A model generated the notes under the pieces. The model was not told the DNA's origin, ran no database searches, and worked only from the letters and a program-made list of their open reading frames with translations. A program made the position numbers and the translations under genes. From positions 124,001-188,000 of the IMG/VR virus record IMGVR_UViG_3300042934_000547: 64,000 nucleotides of DNA; one strand, 5' to 3'. Below are positions 57,255 to 64,000 of the stretch, in pieces. Position 1 is the first letter of the stretch. The number at the start of each line of letters is the position of its first letter.

Positions 57255-57393
57255 AATAATTTCATTGGCAATAATAATTATCTTTATCTTAAAATGCATA
57301 ACGACCGATCCACATGCTGTAATATACAGAGTTATTGGATTGGTATTCATTGTATGTTTTTTGTTATTAACTAGTATATTTGGAGGTTATTAA
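57247..57393 (+). CDS. Small two-TM protein (48 aa; not in ORF track)
   Basis: MTEIISLAIIIIFILKC...VIGLVFIVCFLLLTSIFGGY; coupled to genes on both sides. Confidence 0.7.
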   Translation: MTEIISLAIIIIFILKCITTDPHAVIYRVIGLVFIVCFLLLTSIFGGY

Positions 57394-58443
57394 ATGAATA
57401 ATTATCAAGTAGAAGTAAGCCAATTATTGGGAAAATTCTATGTTGCGTATAGCAAATTAGAAACTATTGTAAATGCTTTATTTGCTGCATCCACAGAAAA
57501 TATTTCCCATATTAATATCTATCTAGATATTAATTCTATGACTAAGGTGCTATATGGAAATATTGACTTTAGAATGGATGAAAGACTTCTTATATCTGCA
57601 AGTATCGTAAACTTATGTGCTCATTATAGGTCTTTCTTTAGACGCTACTATAATACAGAGACTACATTTTATATTATAGATTCTCATAATTTACCCTTAA
57701 TTAATCGACGTATAATAAAGGATTACAATATCTCTTATGCAAAGAATATTGATACTAAAAGAGATTTATTGAATAAAGTTAAGGTGAATATAGAATGTAC
57801 AAAGATGCTATGCGAATATTTACCAGAAATATATGTTATCCCTACGACGTTTGAAACTGGTGTTATAGTACGTGAATTGATGGGGAGAGAACAGAATAAA
57901 CCTACGGCACACATGGTTATTACTAAGGACCCATATAATTATCAATTGATAACTGATGTAAAGAATTCATTTATATTGAGACCAGTTGATAAGGAGAAAA
58001 CTTATTTTGTTGAATCTTCAAATTTGTTTAAAGTAATTGAAATTGAACGAGGATTAAAAAGGGGACTCGAACCTCTTATTTCCTCACAACTATACTCTAT
58101 ATTATTATCACTTATTGGTATCAAAGAACGCAACATTAAAAGTATCTTCAGTATACACACGGCAATGAAGATGATCCAAGAGGGTATAGAGAGTAATTGT
58201 TTGGTTAATGGATATAATCATAATCCAAATTTATTCTTTAGTAGAATAAATGGGGTAAATCCAGAGGAACTAAAAAATAGATTTGAAGTGATAGATTTAA
58301 TTTATCAACATAAAATATTTGTGACTCATCCAGAATTTCAATTATTAGACACCTTTATAATAGACAAACATAATCCACAGGAAGTGAGGGAAATATGTAG
58401 TAAATATTATCTTTTAGATCCTATAGATTTAGAGAGACTGTAA
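57394..58443 (+). CDS. Divergent 5'-3' exonuclease/flap endonuclease (PIN-fold)-like protein
   Basis: IYLDINS, FE, VITKD..YQL, LIGIKERNI (H3TH-like). Confidence 0.5.
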   Translation: MNNYQVEVSQLLGKFYVAYSKLETIVNALFAASTENISHINIYLDINSMTKVLYGNIDFRMDERLLISASIVNLCAHYRSFFRRYYNTETTFYIIDSHNLPLINRRIIKDYNISYAKNIDTKRDLLNKVKVNIECTKMLCEYLPEIYVIPTTFETGVIVRELMGREQNKPTAHMVITKDPYNYQLITDVKNSFILRPVDKEKTYFVESSNLFKVIEIERGLKRGLEPLISSQLYSILLSLIGIKERNIKSIFSIHTAMKMIQEGIESNCLVNGYNHNPNLFFSRINGVNPEELKNRFEVIDLIYQHKIFVTHPEFQLLDTFIIDKHNPQEVREICSKYYLLDPIDLERL

Positions 58444-58455
58444 AGGAGTTAGAAT

Positions 58456-59616
58456 ATGAGATATAGATATAAAGTAGGATTATCATGGACAGATCCAGTT
58501 GGAGTTGTAACAGAGTTTGATCCAGCTCTTGTGAAAAGTTTTATGATATATTCGGATTATGAGGGTAGTTTTTTACCAATGATTGTTCTTAATATGAAGA
58601 TTCGGGTTGATATATATGATAAAATAATACTTAATAAGGATAAAGGATTCTTTCTATTCACACTGAAGAAATACAAAGATTCTGATCCAAATTATGTAAT
58701 GGAGGAGTCATATGTCGGTGTACAGTGTTCCTATTATACACTGGATGATATTAATTATCGTGAAAAGATAGTCGAAAACGCATCTGATAAAGAGGATTAC
58801 CATAGGGTTGTAAATATCGGTTTAATCAGGGAGGATTTATTAACACAAAATAGATGCTCTGCTAATACTGTAATAAATACAAGTCTCATGGGAATAATAT
58901 CATCACAAACTAAAGTTAAACGATTATTAACTGAATATATTGGAAAGAGTTATTCCGGTATTATTCCTCCTATTAGTAAGGTTTCAGAATTATTAAATTT
59001 CTTGGAGGATCAAATAGGACCATTCTATCCAACACCATATAGGTTTTTTATTGATAATGATAGAACGTATTTAATATCATCTAGTGGGCAACCTATATAT
59101 GCTAAGGGAGACAAACAGTTCGCAGTCTCTATAGAAATATTAGATCCTACAGATGATAGAGTGCGTAATGATGGTGCAACCATGGACATATCAGGAAATA
59201 TTTGTAACGTTCTTGTTAGTGCCGAAAGAACTAGATTTCAAATTGATAGTATTGAAGGTTCAAAAACTAATAAATACACCCATATAGGTTATGATACGAG
59301 TGTTGGTAACGTCGATGTCAATTTAATGACAAGAAAAGAATTAATTGGGCTTAACAAGTTTAGTTATAGTCCAGCTAAATTCCTGAATCACGATAAATTT
59401 ACAGCTGAATTAAATAATAAGTCCCTAACAATCATGTTGGATGAATGTGACAATTCTATATTCACAATTAATCGTAAATTCATTATTAAAAATATTGAAA
59501 AATATAAACAGTATGACGGTGAATATTTATTGGTTAAGAAGATAGAAGGATTTATACAAGAAGGGGAAGTTTACAAAAGTATTGCGACAGTAGTTTTTAA
59601 AAAAATACCGAGGTAG
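58456..59616 (+). CDS. Probable baseplate hub / tail-associated protein
   Basis: SFMIYSDYE...LPMI, YRFFID, DGEYLL pattern of hub proteins. Confidence 0.5.
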   Translation: MRYRYKVGLSWTDPVGVVTEFDPALVKSFMIYSDYEGSFLPMIVLNMKIRVDIYDKIILNKDKGFFLFTLKKYKDSDPNYVMEESYVGVQCSYYTLDDINYREKIVENASDKEDYHRVVNIGLIREDLLTQNRCSANTVINTSLMGIISSQTKVKRLLTEYIGKSYSGIIPPISKVSELLNFLEDQIGPFYPTPYRFFIDNDRTYLISSSGQPIYAKGDKQFAVSIEILDPTDDRVRNDGATMDISGNICNVLVSAERTRFQIDSIEGSKTNKYTHIGYDTSVGNVDVNLMTRKELIGLNKFSYSPAKFLNHDKFTAELNNKSLTIMLDECDNSIFTINRKFIIKNIEKYKQYDGEYLLVKKIEGFIQEGEVYKSIATVVFKKIPR

Positions 59617-59633
59617 GAAGAAATTCCTACCTC
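59610..59633. terminator. Bidirectional terminator
   Basis: GAGGTAGGAA-gaaa-TTCCTACCTC. Confidence 0.8.
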
Positions 59634-59647
59634 TAGTTTATTTTTTT

Positions 59648-61873
59648 TTATCGTTTCATTAGTTTTTGGAGGAATGATTTATCCTTCTCTTGTGTAGGTT
59701 CTGGAACATTAATGTTTCCATTCTTAGCATAATATTTGGTAATAGCCTTTAGTTGATCATCTGAATACACATCTTTACTATTGATAGCTTTTCCGTTAGC
59801 GTAATGTGTGATTCGTGTTTTTACAATCTTCTTCCCATTTTCCTCAACAGTAACTTCTTGTTGAGTGATGCCATCTTTAGGCATATCAGGTTCTTGTCTC
59901 TTGCCGCCATTATTTCCAACCCCATCTTTATCAATTTTATCATTACCTATATAAGAACGAACGTGTTTTTCAAGTATAGCTAAATACGTCTTCACACCTT
60001 CATCTAATGCTGTCATCTTAGCAGTCAATACAGCTGAACAAATTTCTTGATAACGAGTTACTAATTTAACGTCTTCAGAACTATCAACGACTTCTATTAC
60101 CTTTTCTTTAGTATTGATAGATTTTATCTGGTCTACAGTATTTTTATTATCCTTAGTGTCAATTGGAACTTCTTTAGGTTGTTCATTACCCTTAGGTTCA
60201 TCATTTGGTTTGTCCTGAGGATCTGCTTCTAATAATACCCTAGCTATAGATAACTCTGAATAAGATTCTTTGAATGATTTTCTCTTAGGAGATAATTTAG
60301 TGATGATATTATCAATCATTTGTGATTCTCTCACATTTTTAGCTTTTGGTTTTAATTTATTTATAGCAGCTACAGAATTATTTATGAGTATAACGTTTAC
60401 AGCTATACCAACATCTGTTACAGCTAATAATAACCCAGCTAGCAATCCGAGTATAGTTATACCTCCAATAAATGATAAAGTAAGAGTAACTCCTAGTATA
60501 ACTGTAGGGGCTCCTACTAAAACAGCTTGAGCTACTTTTCCGATAAGTTCAGCTATTTCTCCAGCAGTCTTTTCATCTTTAACTCGTTTACTATACTGAT
60601 GCTCTATAGTTCTAAGAAGTTTAGCCTCTTCTTTTGATAATTTATCAAAGTTGTTGGTAACTTCTTTCTTAGATTCACTCAGAATGTTGTTCAGAATGTA
60701 ACTAGTATCAGTATCCCCGTATACCATCCTGTTATAGTCATCAGTAAGTCTATTGATTAAGTTTGAAACTATATCATTACCAATCATGTGTCTAAATACA
60801 TTTTTATGTGAAATGGATATCATGTTCTTGACATAATTATCGTTAGGATATTTACCCACTTGTTGGATTATGAAATTTAGTATACAATAAACTGTGTTGA
60901 ATGATACCATATAGAATGTTTCACGCTCGAATTCAAATGATGGAATATTATCTATAATACATGCAGCCACAATTCTTTCGTATAGATTACCAAGTTGATT
61001 AACGGCTGATTCATGATCCTGCATTAAATCAGTAACTACCATTTTAAATCTGTCAACAATATTCGCTTCAACCGTATCTAAATAATCATAACCAAATTTT
61101 TCGTTATTGATATAGATAGTATTTTCGAACAATACGGAACCAACTTCTGTTACAGATTCACCCTGAGCTTTCTTCTCTAATTTTTCCTTATCCTTTTCAT
61201 AACCAGCATTACTAGCGATTTCAGCAATCTTCTTAAGAGCTGTTTCTAATCTATCTTTCTCTTTCTTGATAGATTCTACCTGAGTGATAGCTTTCTTACA
61301 ATATTGATAATATTCCCACATCGATTTATCTTTAAAATCGATACGTTCTACATCCATATTTTTTCCACCTTTGAATAACAATGATGCCATTTGTGAATAA
61401 TGACGATTTTTATCCATTAAGGCACTCCACTTAGCGTGGGTTAAGAAACTACTATCATCTTTTAATGCACCATTATTTTTCATTTGCTCAAAATCAAATA
61501 CTGGTATATCAGGGAAAGTTTCCATTTCCTTAAATCCATCTGGATAATAAGGGTACATGTCATATACTAAATCTATTTTAACCGGTTTACGGATGGCATC
61601 TTCGTGTTTAGCTAACCAATCGATTTTCTTCATAAATACAGACTGCATTCTATCAAGGAATTTAGCCCATAACTCCTTAAGTTTATCAATTAGTTTTTTC
61701 CACTTATCTTTAACCCCGTCCGCAAAATTAGCTTCTTGGAGAATAGCTAACTCTTGTAAATTATATTTTCCAAGTAAAGCATTAGTCTCATTAACAGCCA
61801 TCTTTAATAGAGCTTCTTGTTCTTCGTGTTTTACTATAACTGAATATTCCATATATTCATTTAAATAATTCAT
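59648..61873 (-). CDS. Probable internal head (ejected) protein with internal hydrophobic hairpin
   Basis: LQE-A followed by amphipathic KWKKLIDKLKELWAKF; several xxE-S/A sites. Confidence 0.6.
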   Translation of the reverse strand: MNYLNEYMEYSVIVKHEEQEALLKMAVNETNALLGKYNLQELAILQEANFADGVKDKWKKLIDKLKELWAKFLDRMQSVFMKKIDWLAKHEDAIRKPVKIDLVYDMYPYYPDGFKEMETFPDIPVFDFEQMKNNGALKDDSSFLTHAKWSALMDKNRHYSQMASLLFKGGKNMDVERIDFKDKSMWEYYQYCKKAITQVESIKKEKDRLETALKKIAEIASNAGYEKDKEKLEKKAQGESVTEVGSVLFENTIYINNEKFGYDYLDTVEANIVDRFKMVVTDLMQDHESAVNQLGNLYERIVAACIIDNIPSFEFERETFYMVSFNTVYCILNFIIQQVGKYPNDNYVKNMISISHKNVFRHMIGNDIVSNLINRLTDDYNRMVYGDTDTSYILNNILSESKKEVTNNFDKLSKEEAKLLRTIEHQYSKRVKDEKTAGEIAELIGKVAQAVLVGAPTVILGVTLTLSFIGGITILGLLAGLLLAVTDVGIAVNVILINNSVAAINKLKPKAKNVRESQMIDNIITKLSPKRKSFKESYSELSIARVLLEADPQDKPNDEPKGNEQPKEVPIDTKDNKNTVDQIKSINTKEKVIEVVDSSEDVKLVTRYQEICSAVLTAKMTALDEGVKTYLAILEKHVRSYIGNDKIDKDGVGNNGGKRQEPDMPKDGITQQEVTVEENGKKIVKTRITHYANGKAINSKDVYSDDQLKAITKYYAKNGNINVPEPTQEKDKSFLQKLMKR

Positions 61874-61876
61874 TAA

Positions 61877-62908
61877 CTATTCACCTCCTTTATTGGTTTG
61901 AATCATTGTATAATATGCTTCATTACATATGGATACTAAATGAAGATGTTCTTCGATTAATGCTGATATACGATAAGCTAAAGCAGTAGTATATACCTGA
62001 GCAATAAACTCAAGTTCATTATATTTGACATCAAGTAATGTCTTTATAGCCTTTACATTATCTGTATATAGGGATTCCCTATTGTAAACAGATATATCTA
62101 ATCCTATTTCTGGAACTCGTATCCTACCAGTATTATTATCCATTTTATAACATTCTTCAATTGATTTTTGTATCAATGTAATTTGCTTTGTTATTTCATT
62201 TTTAAGATTAACTAATTCGGTCATTGTTTCATTGATATTGGATAATCTGTCAAGTGAATATTCTAATTCACTCTTATTAACCATTAATTCAACTTTATCC
62301 GAATTATTTCTAAATGATTTAAAAAGCATTGTTGTGTAATCTCTATTAGAAACACCAGAACCAATACCTAATATTTCGGCTCTTACTGCATTCTTATAAT
62401 TTTCAGTTTTAACTGTATTTATATACTCTTCCAGAATTTTTTCAGCAGATATATTTGTAGATGTCAGAGTAGCAAATTGTGTATTGAGTCTTTCATATAT
62501 CTGTACCCTAGGCACATCATTTTCGAGTGTGTAGGAATACCCATTTACCTTAAATGCTAATAAATCATCAAAGTCATGTAGTAAGTCAGCCTTACCATTT
62601 AGAATGCGTTTTACTTCTTCTTTTATGGCTGACAACTTATTTATACCAAGTTTAGTATATGCATCCATTTGAGCTTTATATTTATTAACAACATCTGCTG
62701 ATTTCTTATGAAGAGAATTTATGTCTGTTGATGGATTAAATCCATTAAATGCTAATACTCGAGTCATCATTGCTTTTGCTGAATATGAATCTTCATTCAT
62801 TGAATTGAGGAAGAGACAATGTTCCAATATAATATCAGTCTCTTTTTCTTTAACTGATTCGTATACAGGAGTAGTAGGATTTAAAGCTGAAGTCAATTTT
62901 AGCTTCAT
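61877..62908 (-). CDS. Probable internal head protein, same family
   Basis: FKVNGYSYTL matches FKFKGFKYTI in the neighbouring gene; same operon. Confidence 0.55.
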   Translation of the reverse strand: MKLKLTSALNPTTPVYESVKEKETDIILEHCLFLNSMNEDSYSAKAMMTRVLAFNGFNPSTDINSLHKKSADVVNKYKAQMDAYTKLGINKLSAIKEEVKRILNGKADLLHDFDDLLAFKVNGYSYTLENDVPRVQIYERLNTQFATLTSTNISAEKILEEYINTVKTENYKNAVRAEILGIGSGVSNRDYTTMLFKSFRNNSDKVELMVNKSELEYSLDRLSNINETMTELVNLKNEITKQITLIQKSIEECYKMDNNTGRIRVPEIGLDISVYNRESLYTDNVKAIKTLLDVKYNELEFIAQVYTTALAYRISALIEEHLHLVSICNEAYYTMIQTNKGGE

Positions 62909-62939
62909 AACAATTCTCCTTTCAAAAATTTAAAATTTA

Positions 62940-62965
62940 GAAGCTACCCTTCAATGGGTAGCTTC
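62940..62965 (-). terminator. Terminator / intergenic hairpin
   Basis: GAAGCTACCC-ttcaat-GGGTAGCTTC. Confidence 0.7.
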
Positions 62966-62982
62966 ATAAATATCTTTTATGA

Positions 62983-63999
62983 TTATATTAATTTAGGCAT
63001 TGATAAAGTAGCCGTTACCTGAGGTTCAGCTTCTTCTTTGAATGCTTCTTTACCCTGAGTTAATACTTTAACACAGATTGCTTTTGCTTGTCTGTTTTCT
63101 GCTTTAAGAGCTGATAACATAGTAGCGTTAGCTGTTTGAGAAAGAGTTAACAGTTTCTTACCATAAGAGCAAGCTATATGAGCAACTTTAACTTTTAATT
63201 GGTAAGTTTGACCGAAACGTTCTTCAGAACCAGCAGCAGAAGTATTTCTGTCTTTTTCAGCTGAAGCCAATGATGTTTGAAGTTTATCACACATTTTAGT
63301 GAATTCATCGCACATTTTCTTAATTGCCTTCATGTTGTTTTCAGCAGTTTTCTTCTGATCTTTGTAATTTGATATGATAGATAATTGAGCTGCAACAGAA
63401 ATATCGGAATCTTCAAGAGTCACTTTATTCTTTTCGCCGTCTCTTAATACTTCATACAAATTGTCTCTGAATTCTTTAGTAGTCATAGATGCTTCTGCTG
63501 AACCAGCAACGACTGTTTTGTATATTTTAGCTGTGAATTTCTCCATAGCTCCTTCACTGTCGTCACTATAACCAGCAACTGATTTCTTAGCTTTTTCAAG
63601 GTTAGCAGCGTCAACCTGAACTCCACTATCTGATAATGTAACACCAAGATCTGTTGATATTCCATCTTTAATAGCTGTCATAGCACTCAAATTCAAGTCA
63701 GCTTTGCTGATTGTGTATTTGAATCCTTTAAATTTAAAGCTGTCTTTAATAGTAGTCTTAGCTAATTCACCTGAATACTTCTTAACAAATTCTTTGTCAG
63801 AAAGCATGAATGAATCCATCATAGAGATGAATTTCTTGAATAAAGCTACAGCCTTTCTATAAAGAGCAACTATCCAGTCTTTTACCTGATTGAAGAAATC
63901 ACCAACGAATCCTTCAGTAAGTAAGTAATCCTGTCCATTAGCAGCTTCTTGGAGCTGTCTTTGTTCTATATATGTTTCAATAGCATTCCAATTAGCTTC
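62983..63999 (-). CDS. Probable abundant internal head protein (5' end outside the window)
   Basis: Frame stays open to the window end: ...LLTE-GFVGDFFNQVKDWIVALYRKAVALFKKF..., the propeptide/amphipathic pattern of phiKZ-like head proteins. Confidence 0.65.
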   Translation of the reverse strand, partial: EANWNAIETYIEQRQLQEAANGQDYLLTEGFVGDFFNQVKDWIVALYRKAVALFKKFISMMDSFMLSDKEFVKKYSGELAKTTIKDSFKFKGFKYTISKADLNLSAMTAIKDGISTDLGVTLSDSGVQVDAANLEKAKKSVAGYSDDSEGAMEKFTAKIYKTVVAGSAEASMTTKEFRDNLYEVLRDGEKNKVTLEDSDISVAAQLSIISNYKDQKKTAENNMKAIKKMCDEFTKMCDKLQTSLASAEKDRNTSAAGSEERFGQTYQLKVKVAHIACSYGKKLLTLSQTANATMLSALKAENRQAKAICVKVLTQGKEAFKEEAEPQVTATLSMPKLI

Positions 64000-64000
64000 A

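Noticed and set aside
1402-63665. Many 60-140 aa ORFs antisense to or nested in long genes (e.g. 5014..5223, 6346..6681, 15298..15726, 40313..40540, 61557..61868)
   Set aside because: They overlap well-supported genes, lack RBSs and have the typical shadow-ORF composition.
1-64000. Stop-codon reassignment
   Set aside because: Conserved genes are full length in the standard code, and TAA, TAG and TGA all end genes next to terminators or coupled starts.

Overview
This is a 64-kb, very AT-rich, gene-dense segment of a jumbo phage of the phiKZ/AR9-like group, which encodes its own split multisubunit RNA polymerases. The host is probably Gram-positive (strong GGAGG RBSs, an M23 peptidase, a PC4/YdbC-type protein). 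Recognisable genes include gyrA, gyrB, a Dda/RecD-like helicase, a DnaB-like helicase, an SbcD/Mre11 nuclease, a PD-(D/E)xK nuclease, two RNAP beta-prime fragments, RNase H, dUTPase, baseplate/tail/LamG proteins, holin-like proteins and head proteins. Two promoter classes can be read directly from the DNA: TATATTATA (early-type) and AACA-N6-TA/G (AR9-like late-type). The most novel signal is that six early promoters are bipartite (TGTAAA-N18-TATATTATA). All five whose leaders lie in the window are followed by a 5' leader that can fold into the same H-type pseudoknot, with different stem sequences, an invariant AAATAA loop, and the inferred first nucleotide paired. Other highlights are a non-coding hairpin/purine-tract/G-tract locus resembling a transcription-primed origin, two candidate late small RNAs, a gyrase predicted to be quinolone-insensitive, a minimal polymerase-palm protein, a kinase-like protein, a family of stand-alone YD-repeat proteins and an ATP-cone protein with a degenerate RNR-like remainder. 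No rRNA, tRNA, CRISPR array or mobile element was recognised. All calls come from motif reading by eye; no searches were run.
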